From positions 17,632,560 to 17,696,559 of the forward strand of contig NC_134027.1 of NCBI RefSeq assembly GCF_964204645.1: a stretch of DNA of 64,000 bases, written 5' to 3'. A model generated the notes under the pieces. The model worked only from the letters and a program-made list of their open reading frames with translations, did not search any database and was not told the origin of the DNA. Shown piece by piece: positions 1 through 13,111 of the stretch. The DNA comes from Tubulanus polymorphus (Eukaryota > Animalia > Nemertea). Both the position numbers and the translations under genes were made by a program. Numbering within the stretch: the first letter of the stretch is position 1; each line of letters opens with the position of its first letter.

Positions 1-479
1 AAATACTCTACATCGTTAACAGATAATAGTTTTTTTAATTGTTTGTTATAGAATTCCTTACCTTCATCAAATTGTATCTTACCTGGAATAGATTCAAATA
101 TATTCTTAAAAGCATTTGTCACTTCTATTCCACTTTTATTTTTGATTGGAATTGACCACGCGTATCTACTGAATATGTCTATAACATTCAGTATCCAGAA
201 ATATCCTTTGTTGTATTCTTCTAAGTTCTTCATGTCAATTAAATCAGCTTGCCATTGTTGATCGATATATGAAACCATTACTTTTCTTGTTAAATGAGTT
301 TTATCCATTTTCTTGTGGATTTGATATGTTGGTTGATTTTGTAACCATGATTTTAATTCGCTATATTTTATATTTTCTTTATCGGATTTAATTTTACCCC
401 ATAATTCTGAAACGTTAGAATATGATACTTCACTTTCTGGGTTATAATATAAATCTCTTAAATATTGTTCTTTTTTCAT
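1..479 (-). CDS. N-terminal part of Maverick rve integrase (runs off the window)
   Basis: Reads MKKEQYLRDLYYNPESEVSYS...QQWQADLIDM...FDEGKEFYN, homologous to 46953-48041. Confidence 0.9.
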   Translation of the reverse strand, partial: MKKEQYLRDLYYNPESEVSYSNVSELWGKIKSDKENIKYSELKSWLQNQPTYQIHKKMDKTHLTRKVMVSYIDQQWQADLIDMKNLEEYNKGYFWILNVIDIFSRYAWSIPIKNKSGIEVTNAFKNIFESIPGKIQFDEGKEFYNKQLKKLLSVNDVEY

Positions 480-485
480 CTTCTT

Positions 486-856
486 TTAATCCATTAATAA
501 TAATTTAGATTTAGTTTCAATGACTTAATGATTTGACTTATTTTCTGGTATAATAGGTTTATCATCATTGGAATCATCTTTATCATCAGATTTGAAATTT
601 GATTTATATATTACACCGGATAATATAATAATTGTGATTAACACAATTGTAATATATAAGTAGTTATTTCTTCCAGCATTATAAGAATTAGATGGATTGT
701 TATTTGAATCAATATCAGATAAAGTCTGTGATTCATTTATATCAGTTAATTTCTTTTTCTTAGCTTTTTTTTTAATTCTGCAGATCTTTTACCTAATTCT
801 CTTGCCCATTTAATTTGTTTTTCAGATCTAACCTTTTTCTTAACGCCATCACTCAT
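486..856 (-). pseudogene. Frameshifted homolog of the 131-aa single-TM viral ORF 46554-46949
   Basis: MSDGVKKKVRSEKQIKWARELGKR start and ...LLMD end; reading frame broken at the homopolymer near 765-773. Confidence 0.8.
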
Positions 857-1448
857 TTATTTTAGTTAATTTTTGTTCTGATTCATTTTCTGTTTCGCCG
901 TTTGGTTGTAGTACATCTGTTTCGTTCTTACCTGATTTATATTCCATAGGTTTGATGTTCGAAAATGTTATGACACCAGTAGAAATTAATGTCATAACCG
1001 ATCCTAATTGAAATGAAGCGTAACCAACCCATTTTTGTAATTCAGTCATAACTAAGTAGTCATTTTTCGAATCATTATATAATTTATTGGTATCATCAAT
1101 TGGTATTAACTGGTTACATAACTTAGAGTAACATTTGATAATACCATCCGAAATAGAATCATTTATTCTAGCTAATCTAGCTTCTTCATAAATCTTAAAA
1201 TATTTTATTACTTTATCTGGTTTCATAGAGTCTAGTTCTTGAAAAGTAATGGTCTTAGTTAAAAACTCCTTAGATTTCCCGCCAGCAATTAGTAATTCAA
1301 GATGGTGTTTACAATTCATAATCAATATTGTTATTAACTTGAATATTATTTTCAATTTTGGTCGGAATATCCTTATTATCACTAATACCCAAATCATCTA
1401 ATGTTTTTTCAATATCAATTCTATTCTTACTCGATATCTTTGAAATTT
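849..1448 (-). pseudogene. Homolog of the 200-aa viral ORF 45959-46561 (start lost, 5' frameshift)
   Basis: C-terminal ~155 aa nearly identical to 45959-46561; the TAAATG start is mutated to TAAATT near 1445. Confidence 0.85.
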
Positions 1449-1610
1449 ATATTAGAGAAAAAAAGCAAGAAAAGTATTATAAGTATTCTTCAAATGATAT
1501 TAGTATCTCTTTGGGCTAATACTAGCTTAGTTCAGTTAAAGAATTTGAGTATTAGTTATTGTTTTTTTAGTATTTTTCATTTGTGATATAAAGTATTCCC
1601 TTTTGAAAAT

Positions 1611-3830
1611 ATGAGAGATCCCGAAACGAGACCAACAATAAAACAACTAATCCCAATCAAAAGAAATAACAGAAATAACAATGTCAGAATTTGCAAACTT
1701 GAGCTACCCAACGTCCTCAACTTATTCAAAAATAATGATATCGTGCTGATATCAGAAACATGGAATTCCGCGGAAACAGCGTTCCAAACACCAGATGGAT
1801 TCTCATATTTTCAACAGACAAGAAAGAAAAAATCGCGCGCGAAACGTCATTCCGGTGGTCTGCTGCTTTTTTGCTTTTGAACTGAAAACCGGGATAAAAC
1901 TTTTAAAATCCGATAACGCGGACTATCTCTGGATTAAACTTGATAAGACGGTTTCACGCCTGAACGAGGACACTTTTATATGTTTGGCCTATGTATCGCC
2001 CGTTCATATCAGCCGCGCACAAGCGGATACAATGAATATATTAGAAACTGAAATTCTGGCGTACTCAATCGAAGGGAATGTACTTGTCCTCGGAGACTTC
2101 AATTCCAGAACGGCAAATAAATCGGGTCTCATTGTAGATGAAATTGGTAATGAAACAGATGCTAATGAAAATCTATTCAATAATAACAATTTGATATATT
2201 TAGAAAACAATATTAATCTTAGCATACAAAGAAGCTCGTGTGATGAAATTTGCAATAATTATGGGAACGATCTATTAGAATTATGTAAAAGTACCCAATC
2301 TTTCATTCTTAACGGAAGAGCGTTTAATGATAAAGATTTGGGTAAATTCACATGTTTCCAACCGAATGGAAAGAGTACGGTGGACTATTGCTTAGTAAAC
2401 TCAGGTGCACTACGCATTATACGAGATTTTGAAATCTCCGATTTAAATCATTTCACAGATCATGCCACGGTTTTTGTTTCTATCGGTAAAAGCTTAGAAC
2501 CACGGTACACTGACCACAGTTCTTTACATAGTAATCCAGAGTATAATGCCTTACCGGAGCGTATAACCTGGAACAAACTAACAGAGAACAGATTCTTAGA
2601 AACCGTCCAAAGCGATGATTTCATAAATCAACTAACCCACTGCATGGATAATTTAATCTATAATGGATCTCCTAATGCAAATGACGTCAACGAAGCTACT
2701 AATAATATAACCGATCTCTTATTGTCCTGGTATGACGGAAATACTCGCCATGCGGCGGGACCAATCAGACGCCGGGTAAGACGTCGTTGGTTTAATAGAA
2801 ATTGCTCCATAGCCAGGAATAAATTCAGCAAAGCGAATCGCCTCTACCACAACCAACCCAATCTAAACAATCTACGAGACTTACAAACCATACGTAAGCG
2901 TTATAGAAAGACAATATCTAAAGCAAAACTCCGCTACGAGAAAAAGATAGCTAAAAGACTTACAAATGCTTTATCTCAGAATGACACTAAGTCTTTTTGG
3001 AAGAGTTTAAAGTCATTTGAAACTCGAAACGCAGATAAAAATGAGAACTGCCCGAACTTAGCTGAATTCGAAACTTTTTTTTCGCGGAATAATTCAATCT
3101 GAATCAAACGATGACATTGATCCTGATCTTTTGCTTAATGAAAATGATACGGAAGCTATTAATATGCCTCACGATCTAGACATCCCCATAACTAGAGATG
3201 AAGTTATAAGAGCGATAAGAAATCTAAAAAGGCAAATCACCGGGTCTTGATAATATCCTACCAGAAATGCTTATAACTGCCTCTGAAACCCTAACACCTG
3301 TGCTGACCATTTTTTTCAATGTCATCCTTCAATCAGGTATTTACCCACAAAATTGGAGCAGTGGCTGCATTACACCCATTCATAAGAAAGGGATGACTTC
3401 CGACCCAAACAATTATAGAGGTATCACCGTCTTGAGCTGCTTCGGAAAAATATTTTCAATTATTCTGAATACACGCATTATACAATGGTTAGAGGCACCC
3501 CAAGTATTAAATAATGCACAGGCCGGTTTTAGGCCAAATAATGGTACTATAAATCAATCCTTTGTATTATCTTCAATCATCGACCACTGTATAACGAAGA
3601 AAATGAAAAATGCGTGTATGGCATTCGTAGATTTTTCTAAGGCCTTCGATAATTTGAACTACGAAATTCTCTGGAAAAAGATCCTTGTAGCTGGTATCAC
3701 TGGCAAAGTTTATAACATAATTAAATCTATGTATGCTAACAGTGAATCATGTGTCAAAAACAATGGGTTCATATCTAGCTTTTTTGACTGCACCGTCGGC
3801 GTAAGGCAAGGCGACTGTATCTCGCCTGTA
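1611..3830 (+). mobile_element. Degenerate LINE ORF2 (AP endonuclease + reverse transcriptase), 3'-truncated
   Basis: APE motifs LISETW, LGDFNSR, STVDY, TDH; RT motifs PIHKKG..DPNNYRGI, QAGFR, FVDFSKAFD, GVRQGDCISP; several frameshifts. Confidence 0.92.
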
Positions 3831-3834
3831 CTCA

Positions 3835-4097
3835 TCAGAATAAACATAACTAGTTTCGTCTATTTAGCAGAATCGCATTAATGAGGTTTAACAGTACAAA
3901 TAGCCTAGGCTAAATCGTTCGGCAGAAAATAAATTCATTTTCAGGAATAAAATCGTACTAGACTAATAGACCTTTAAGTCTGTGGTCCTCCCAATCAACA
4001 TCGTCATAGAAGATTTGCCGGCAGATGTAAAACATTATAACCACTTAATACCACAGTATAATCTACCAATGCTTCAAGGCCCATGGGCCTCTTGTTG
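3835..4097 (+). repeat. Interspersed repeat ending in a stem-loop (Helentron/HINE-like 3' end); second copy at 31810-32068
   Basis: Clear similarity to 31810-32068; both end in caaggccca(t/w)ggc...ttgtt. Confidence 0.7.
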
Positions 4098-5295
4098 TGT
4101 ATTCAAGATTGAATTGATCTAACCAGAGCAGAAAGCATTCAGCAATTTAGAAAATCCTAGACTCATAATCAAGTTCTGTGAAGTCAGTTGAATCAAGTTG
4201 AGGGCTCAGGTGCCTAAAATTCAATGCCTCAATGTCCCTGTATACCGATCGAGTACGATGGAGTTTACACGCTGAAAAACATTGGGCTGCAGTGTAAGTG
4301 ATTTAAGTGGAGCAATATAATGAGCGCCCTGCCCGGCTGCAACTGAGACGTAATCAAGTAAGACTGTAAAAATATTGCTGTAATGCTGCAATAACGGGTT
4401 TTCTGACATTTTACATACATGTGACCTGAAGGGATTCATTGCTTGGGATTCCATCAGTTATTAACTTAAAATAATATTGATAATAGTGCTTTATTGGCGA
4501 TCTAGAACTTTACATAATATATGTATTCCATTATTTCAATTAAACAGATGTCTTTTATCGAATTAACTGAGATATGTCCTTATCCCTGTTAAACGTCAAC
4601 GCATCAAAATAAGATTGAGTTCTTGATTGAACAAATCAAGATCTTTAATGATGTGATAATATCGAAATGCTTCACGAATGCATGTTGAAATCAATTAGCA
4701 TTTATTGAGTACAGGGGGTTTAATTCAGTTTCAAAGCTGGATCAAATCAAACACATGGTATAAGTACATATACACATAAGTGCCATATGCCAACGGGTAC
4801 GATTAGTTCATGCAACTCCCAACGGAACTATGAAAGCGCCAAACAATTAAGGTACATCAGTACTTTTTACGTGGTAGCCCTTGTGGATCCACGTATCCCG
4901 GATATGTGTCGCGCTCCTTCAAAATAGTCGCATGTAATGAACTGATAAGAATTATTTTGGTGAAATCTTTGTGTGCTTCCCAGTGCGAAATTTGAACCAG
5001 CAAGGTAGAAACCCGTTGTCGCTGCTTTGCAGCTATATTTCTAATTTTAATATGTTATGCTCAATTTCTTGTGTAATATCGGTTGATTTTTTTATTTCAT
5101 ATTATTTTTTGATGGTTTTATTTTGTTATTTATTGACACTAAGAATACTTTTCTTTCTCCCATTTATAAGGAAAGAAAATTAGAAGTGGTGATGAGTCGA
5201 CCTCTTGACCTCTGTCCTGAAACTCACATTTACTAATTACTAACTACACCTACTTACTAACATCACGTTGCATACTTTTCTTGTCGCTGCCCAGC

Positions 5296-5500
5296 TTAAC
5301 GATTCTACTATTGAAAAAGAGTGTTTGGGTTTATTGTTAGCTTTTGAACACTTTGATGTATATTCTAGTTTAACTTATCACCCATCACCCATTTTTTGCA
5401 GATCGTAATCCTCTTGTTTTCTTGAATAGTATGAAAAACAAAAACAGACAGCTCATGAGATGGAGTTTGATTCTACAGGATTATGATCTAGACATTTGTC
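5296..5500 (+). pseudogene. Gypsy-type LTR retrotransposon RNase H remnant
   Basis: Reads STIEKECLGLLLAFEHFDVY...NPLVFLNSMKNKNRQLMRWSLILQDYDLDI across frameshifts. Confidence 0.8.
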
Positions 5501-6493
5501 TTATGCTCAACAGATATAAATAGATATGAACTTGTGGAAAAATGCGGAGTAATTGTATTGTGAATTTGCAAGTGTTGTGAAATTAATCATATAGTCCATG
5601 ATTATTGTGTTCTTGTAAAAATTACCATGAGTAATTTTTATCTTTTTGTGGGGCGTGTCAAACTCCTTTAAATAATAATTCATATACTGGTGTGTTCCCT
5701 CTACCATACTGTTTAATCTGCTCTAACTTCCTGTGTACATATGCAATACTGTAACACAAATTCAGTTCTAAAACTGCTGAATAAAGCATATGAATGTCTG
5801 TACTCTGCTGCTCAGTCTTTGGTGTGGATCATTGGTGGTTTCATAGCGGGCCTTTAAATCCTTGAACAGCCTTGAATTATCAAAAGCAAATTCAAGGCCT
5901 TGAAAAGCTTTGAATTTAGCACTATGCTCTTGAAAATTTATATTGGAGCCTTGACTTTCAAAAATGTTGCATAATTGTAGATTGATGATAGTTTTTGTAA
6001 TGATGGAAATTTTGGTGAAAGTGTGACATTGTTTATAATTCCGCACACAACAAGCCCGGCCCGAACATATGAATATACGATGAAACCGTGCGTTCAGGAA
6101 ATCCTCGTCATTTTGTTTTATTTCCTCATATGGCTTCCCCAATAACTTCAGAAGTACTGAAATCCCAGATTTTCCCGTATCCCACAAACAGCCAATCACA
6201 TTCGCTGATCGAGACTACACTCCAGTCCCAGTGAAAAATAGGTCCGCCCCAGTGAAAAGTAGGTCACCATGCTCAGATAACATGGTCAACTCAGGAGAAA
6301 ATTTAGGAGTTCATTTTCGGGGTTTATTAAGTGTAGTTCAAAAAGTACATCGATAGTACTCGCTCAAAAAATGGCAACACTTCCAACAAGGATTGAACTT
6401 TTATACATGTATATTCCAATTTCAAGTATCTAAATTTTCATTATGTAAAAACGTGCCATTACTTAAAATAAATTAAAAATGAATTGTGCTTAA

Positions 6494-7109
6494 AGCCGGG
6501 CGCAAGCGACAAAATCGCCTAGTGTGCGGTCACTGGCAACTATTGTCGGTTGACAAATCGTCGCCGGCGACAAGATCGCTCAGTATCTGGCATACCAGAT
6601 ATTCCGCGACAAGATCGCCGAGGATCGGCAGCAAATCGCGTAGTGTGCGGCCACTAGCGACGAATCGCTTCGAATCCATTAAAAAACAGCCAATCAGTGC
6701 CAAGATAGAAATCATGTGCATTCACAAATCGCGGCCCCGACAGACGAACAAGAATCGGCATGGGATACACCGAAAGGGGACAAATTGGTGGAAATGTGGC
6801 CGGAAAAAGCCATGTTTGTTCGACGTGTCCTATGATTCTTATAGCGACTGCTGCTTTCTTCTTTCGGCTAACCATATTATAGCGTATAAACAAATTCTGA
6901 CGATAATATTAGCAAAAATTTTATTCGATTACATCTGCTCGACCATTTTGTAATCATGTGACTACACAAGTGGCACTACTTCGCGGTCTGCGATTCGGTT
7001 ATAAAAATCGTCTAATGTGCGGCTGCTGACGACGGACGATTTTTATGAAATCGCCCATGATTTAAATCTTTCTTCTGGCGACTAAAAATCGCCTAGTGTG
7101 TGCCCGGCT
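6494..7109. mobile_element. MITE, PIF/Harbinger-like, with internal repeated aaatcgcctagtgtg motifs
   Basis: Termini agccgggcgca / tgtgcccggct, preceded by TAA; similar architecture to 38443-38831. Confidence 0.65.
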
Positions 7110-7535
7110 AGGGATTATTTTTCAAAAATAAGTCCCCTAAAAATAAAGCAATTACCATGAAATTATTCTGGGCTCGAATACTCATTATCCCAAACCTAAC
7201 ATTGATACTCTATTCATATTCATTTTCAATAAAAACTGCTTGCAACAGACCGTTTGTATAGGTAAACCTACGGGGTTCACCAAAAATGTTCACTTTTCAG
7301 AAATAGAGTGACTATCAAACAATCACTAAGAAGCGAATTGAAAGGTGTACCATTTCAGAGTGTCTGTTTTACACTTCTGGAAAGTAGCTGATATCGTTAT
7401 TTGCTTATTGTTTTCAAGCGGCTACTAAGTAAAAGAAGACGTTTAAGCTCTATAGTGGGATAGACATGTTCTTGGATTCAGCCTTTCAATTATCTGATAG
7501 ATGTCAAGATAACAGTAATCTCTTATCTACTGTAG

Positions 7536-7747
7536 GTACAGCAAGAACCTATGAGACTACACAGATTCATCTGCCAATGACAAACCCTATACCTGCATCA
7601 TCTGCAACACCAGCATCTTCAACTGGGTTACCATCTTCTGCGCCATCATTACCCTCTGGGTTGCCACCGTCTTATGATGACGTAATGTCTGATGAAAGTC
7701 ATTATGAACCAAAAGTGACCACGACTCATGTAAGTGTCATTGTGTAA
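7536..7747 (+). CDS. Possible terminal exon of a host gene (Ser/Pro-rich tail with PPSY motif)
   Basis: Acceptor tctactgtag| at 7535; reads TARTYETTQIHLPM...LPPSYDDVM...VSVIV*. Confidence 0.4.
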
Positions 7748-8038
7748 CGAGTTAAAAACCTTATGCAGAGTTAGAACGAATGAATGATTTGGAAGATTTA
7801 TTCCTTAAGATAGAAAGTGTTTTCCCTAATTTGAAAAATTAGTTGAATCTTTTTTCATCCAACCTCCCAAATTAGCGTGAGGGCCATAGGAACGCGCTTA
7901 ACAACGAAATTTTGCAATTCGTAAATCGTAGAGCGCAGTGATGTCACTCCGGGAATACAGTATAAGCCGGAAGTAATCTTATACGCTCTACATGGCGCCC
8001 CACTTTTGATTTTCTCATAAAAAATCGCCAAAATCAAG

Positions 8039-8270
8039 ATGACAAGGCGTTGTGTTGCGATGCACTGCTCACATTCGCATAATAGATTGTATGAGTGGCC
8101 AAAGGATAAGAGGAGAGCGCACCTTTGGACTGCATTCATCAGTACGAAGCAATGAATGGGAAGGCTCCTGCTACTAGTACGATGTCAGGACCAACGTTGT
8201 GTCATCACCATTTTACCAATGAGTGCTTTAAAAACCTCTTCCGATTTCAATGTGGCTATTCTTAGCAGTA
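8039..8270 (+). pseudogene. THAP zinc-finger remnant (5' end of a DNA transposon gene)
   Basis: MTRRCVAMHCSH...YEWPKDKRRAHLW...TLCHHHFTNECF gives the C2CH THAP signature, with an internal stop/frameshift. Confidence 0.75.
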
Positions 8271-8559
8271 AGTATTCTTCGCAATTTTTTAATGGAATTG
8301 AAGTAATCATTTTACCATCAACCACCGCCACATGCCATGGATGGCCGGATCCATTATGTTTCCATTGTCATTATTTTCTAATCCAAAATATGAACAAAAA
8401 AGGCACAAAACATATAAAAGTCATTGATAAATTGTTTTATGAATGAATATCTAATTTGTTTATTGCCTTTAGAAATGTCGATGACAATGTTCTAGTCTTG
8501 AAATCTAGGGATTATGAAAGGAATTTGAATGCCTTGTCTGCTAACTTATTTTATCAGCT

Positions 8560-8990
8560 GCCCAGGTAGATGTCGAGTTTCCACAGCTGGCAATACTCAA
8601 AGATTTTATTGATTGTATATTGTAAGCTTAGGGCAGATTCTGCTAGAATAACAGCATCATCTGCATATAACAATAATAGGAGTCAGAAACAAACATCTAA
8701 ACTTTCTTGTTCCCAAAAAAACCTAATACCATCACACTGACTTTCAATCAGAAACGATTCCATGTCATTCAAATATACTGAAAAAAGTATAGGGGAGAGG
8801 TTCTCACCTTGTCTCAATCCTTTAAAACTCTCAAATTACTCTGAGTTGACACCGTTTACTTGATCACATGATTTTGCATCTTGATAGATATAATAAATTA
8901 CTCGTAATATTTTTCCAGTTATACCAGTATTTATCACTTTATGCCAGTGCTTTACGCCAAATTGAATCGAATGCTTTTTGATAATCGAAG
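8560..8990 (-). pseudogene. LINE reverse transcriptase remnant
   Basis: KAFDSI, GLRQGENLSPILFSVYLND and LLLYADDAVIL motifs on the minus strand. Confidence 0.8.
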
Positions 8991-9029
8991 GATACAAAAT
9001 AACTTCTTATTGTTTGCTAGAAATAATTC

Positions 9030-9560
9030 AATCAATGAATACGTGGTCATTCGTTGCCGCTTGTCCACAAATTTTACAATTTGGATCAGATTTTATTTTC
9101 CAAAGTACTAATTTTGAAGCTGCTGCTAGAGTATTATGTAGTAATTTCCAATGGATATCACTCAAATCGTCTTTCATTATGTTTATTATAAACTTCATTC
9201 GAGATTTCTGGCCAGTTCTGATCATTATTTAACATTTCAGTAATTTCGGTTTGCACAATCGGTGTGATTTGTTGGAGATTTTTTAATTATAGAATTCTAT
9301 AAATTTGAGATGATAAAAGTTTTCCTATAGTACAATCTATATAACCAAATTGCACATAAATATTTGGTAATTCATCAGGGTCTAAATTTTGGTCAGAGAA
9401 TTAGTTTCCAATGTTGTGGTATCGCATTGTATATAGATGTGTGTTTAAATCTATTTGTTAATGTTTCGTTGAATGCTTTGTTGAAAAACTGTCCATGATT
9501 TTTATAAATGTCTGTAGTATTCATTTGTAATGACTGTTTTGGTATTTTATTGTGAATGAT
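9030..9560 (-). pseudogene. L1/Tx1-type LINE C-terminal zinc-finger region
   Basis: DIHWKLLHNTL...DPNCKICGQAATNDHVFID resembles the zf-RVT CCHC region. Confidence 0.65.
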
Positions 9561-10613
9561 GTTTAAAGCATTCCAGCCTGGGCTTAGATATTTTTGACGC
9601 CTTATAAAACGTTAACATTATGAAACCTAAACAATTCTAACCATTCAGCGTCATTTTACAAACGACAACTGTAAATCGATGTGCAAAACGTCACAGGTCT
9701 ATGTGTACACATACAAGCTATTTGGCAAAATATTATTGACTAAGACGTAGAATGTCTTCCTGTGATTATATAATGAGCTCTATTTGAACGTCGAAATGTT
9801 ATATTTCATTGAATATCATTAGAAGACGTATTGTAATAGTAATGGATGTATGATTATATCAGAAGCGGCAGGCATGAATCGAAATGATAAGTAAATCGGA
9901 TTATTCGGTCGAAATGGCGGATGTATACACGATTTGGAAGTCTGATATAAAATTAGGACCCTGACATGGGGATGCCGGTGGAATGATGAAGCTAGCTACG
10001 ATCTGTGTAGGGCCGGCGTGAATTTCATCGGCGGCTACAAGCGGTCAATATAAAAATGTGTAAACATACAATTTCAATATTCGAATGTTTTAGAAAATGT
10101 GTTCGATATTAGGGGTATGCAGGTTTCATGAGATTAGCAATTTATAATAGCATAGCTGTCATATACGGCTCCGCGTCCTCTGATGGCATTAGGTGACAAT
10201 TCAATTCAATTCTTTATTGATCCTCATAACATATAAAATTCCCGAATTCAATAAAGTTACAAATTTTAGAATAAAAAAAATACAACATACAAAACACATG
10301 CGAAATTCGTACAGAATAACATAAACATGTTATTTAAAATGACATTGTCTACTTTAACCCAGACTCAAGAAGATATCGAGTGACCGAGCCAAACCGCGCC
10401 GACACGGGCCGGCTGGCTAGTCCACACGATATGCTCCCGATGAAGCAGAAATCAGACGAGCTCTTTCCTCAACTATGGAGGCAATGATGTTGCAGACCAA
10501 CTTAGAAGCAAAAGTGAATGAAGTCGGACGCAAGTTATCAATTATTGACAATTTTCAATAAAAAAATTAAACCACTAGCTCACTACAGCCGGAAGACCTC
10601 GCATCACCTAACC

Positions 10614-10750
10614 AAATCGCCAAATCTCATAATTCCCAAAATTTCTTAAAACCTCGATTTCAAATTTGCAATTCCACATTAGCTTATCTCGAAAATTCTA
10701 CATTTTTTTCGCAGGCGTCAAATAATTTATTAAAATAAATTTTCTTGTTG
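10614..10750 (+). repeat. ~135-bp interspersed repeat; second copy at 31149-31281
   Basis: aatcgccaaatctcataattccc...gcaggcgtcaaataatttatt...ttttcttgtt present in both copies. Confidence 0.8.
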
Positions 10751-11423
10751 CAAATTGTAGTTGATAAGTGGTTTTTAAGTGTGTTGGTTTTAGAGCGTGG
10801 TTAATTATCGTCTTAATCGCCTGTGTTTGTTGTCTGTATTCAATGTTGTGTAATTCGCGAGACCTCCGTGTTCGACTTTTTGCTGTCTATTGGGCTGTCT
10901 ATTGCAATGGCTTTGCACTGAAATAAAATGCTATCAGCGAAATTTCACTAAGCTGCTGTTTAAACCGCTGAGAGAAATTTAATTTCAAACACGCATTATC
11001 ATCTTTTAACAAGCGTTCCTTTAAATTTCCTGACAAAAGTTTTGCCCTTAGTCGATAAGCCCGATTAATGAGCCGCGTTTATGCAATTCTTAAAATTAGC
11101 AAAAATTGCAGTCTTTACAATGCGAGATGTTTTTATCGTGTAACATGGTGGTTTTTATCCTTTAACATGTACATGTCATACTTGAAAATGTAAATGTGAT
11201 GCATGTTGACACACCTGTGTTCAAAGAACACGCATCTAACAGACACATTGGAAGCAAAGCCAAACATTGGTTGTGTAGGCCCGACTGGGTAAAATGGCCC
11301 AGTTTCCACATGTGAAAGTGAAAAAAATCGATTGAGGAAATATCGGCCTATTTTCTCCTCGTATGAACTTCTGTGAAGTGTTTAAGAGAAAGCCTCCGCC
11401 ACCAAGCACGCCCGGGCTGAACA

Positions 11424-12270
11424 TTTTTAGCTCCGCTGTGACCGAAGGAGCTAATGGGTTAGGGGGTGAGCCGTCAACGTCCGTCCGTTCGTTCGTTCGT
11501 TCGTTCGTCTGTCAACTTTTTCTTCAAATCGCTGCAGTTTTAACATGATCAATCAAGGTTTATATGAATATCATATAAACCTTAACAGGTTTCTTCATGT
11601 TTCCCTCCATCTTGAATTTTTGTATTTGTATTACTTTGTACGATTATTATAATTCAAAATGGAAAAATAAATAATAATAATAATCAATTCCAAATTTGGT
11701 ATGAATGTCGTATGGACCAAGGCCTATAAAGTAACAGAGACATTTTCTGGATTCGTCCTCCAGGGGACGCCCCTGGGGGTGGTGTTTCTATTTCTTCAAA
11801 TCGGTACTAGTCCTACAGTTTTAATCAGATCAATTCTAAATTTGGTATAAATATTCTATGGACCAAGGCCTATAAAGTAACAGAGCCATTTTTTGGATTC
11901 GTAACCCAGGGGCGCCCCTAGGGGTGGAGTTTCTATTTCAAATCGCTACTCGTCCTACAGTTTTAATCAGATCAATTCCAACTTTGCTATGAATGTTTTA
12001 TGGACCAAGGCCTATAAAGTTACAGAGCCATTTTTTGATTCGTCCAACAGGGGGCGCCCCTGGGGTTGAGTTTCTATATATTCAAATCGCTTTTAGTCCT
12101 ACAGTTTTAATCAGATCAAGTCCAAATTTGGTATGAATGTTCTATGGACCAATACCTACAAAGTACTGAGCCCTTTTTGGATTTAGCCCAAAGGGGGCAC
12201 CCATAGGTATGCAGCTTCTATTTCTTCAAATCACACAGCGGAGCTATATAAGCCGATAGGCACTTTGTTT
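11424..12270 (+). mobile_element. Non-autonomous Helentron (HINE/DINE-like) with ~145-bp tandem core repeats
   Basis: T-run start; subTIRs tagctccgctgtg (11428) / cacagcggagcta (12234); (GTCC/GTTC)n microsatellite; 4 tandem units at ~11683, 11829, 11971, 12115; 3' stem-loop then ttgttt. Confidence 0.8.
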
Positions 12271-13111
12271 AATACGCGCTGATTGGCTAAAGAAATATGT
12301 TGATATCTAAAAAGAAGCAATGAATCTTGATAGTTTTTCAATTTATAACTATAAATTGTCTAACAAACTTCATTTTAATTCCATACACAGTGTATGATAT
12401 ACGTAAAGGAAATCATTCAGCATCAGTGGTTTATGCTGTACGGAGCATGTCTATTTGAGTCATTTGGGGAAAACCCACTACCACTTTCATATTCATGATG
12501 AGTCATGCAGTTGCATGTGATTATTACGTGTGTATAATACTGAGATTGTTTCATTTGACAGATTCTCATAAGGTTTACTTGGTTCTACTTTCTTAAATAT
12601 TAATGCGCGGACCCCCTGAACATGATGTGTTCCCATCACTCTTTAAGGTAATTCCTATATTTCCGAACGAAGTTTCTGCAAAAAGAAGTCATGGAAATGA
12701 TCTAATACCTCAGTGGCAGGTGTAACATATTTTTCAGGGCACTTTTTCCACCAGCAAGTAATAAGATGTCTCAGTACCTAGAAATTGTATAAAATTGCAC
12801 TGAAATATCATATTTTAAACCCTTGTTTTGTCTGCATGGATACTTAACTTGCCCTTTTCAATGTCCATGTTCCTAGATATGCCCTTCTAGTATATTTTAA
12901 ATATAAAATTGATTGGTGGACAGTTCATTTATAATCGAAGCTGCCGCGTCAAGCCCCATGGGGCTCTTGTTTGTGTATTATGTCTTTACTGACCAGGCGT
13001 TTACATTGTCCCATAGGAAATTGATGGTTTTTGGTTCAAAGATTTTTATATATTTATCCGAAATTGGAAAAATTTCGGAAGTGTACCATTATATAGGTTG
13101 TATAAAAGAGT

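Larger units (their letters stand above)
1..1610 (-). mobile_element. Fragment of a Maverick/Polinton-like element, close relative of 44228-61927 (upstream region, 200-aa gene, 131-aa gene, integrase 5' part); continues beyond the window start
   Basis: Reverse complement aligns by eye with ~45790-47435; the 849-1397 translation is near-identical to 45959-46561 (CKHH.ELLIAGGK...QKLTKINE). Confidence 0.93.

Noticed and set aside
5507-6199. Minus-strand ORFs of 66 and 143 aa
   Set aside because: Possibly decayed coding sequence, but I could not recognise any family motif or confident splice structure.
6486-6953. GC-rich 155-aa ORF and overlapping ORFs
   Set aside because: They lie within a palindromic MITE and have no recognisable protein motifs.
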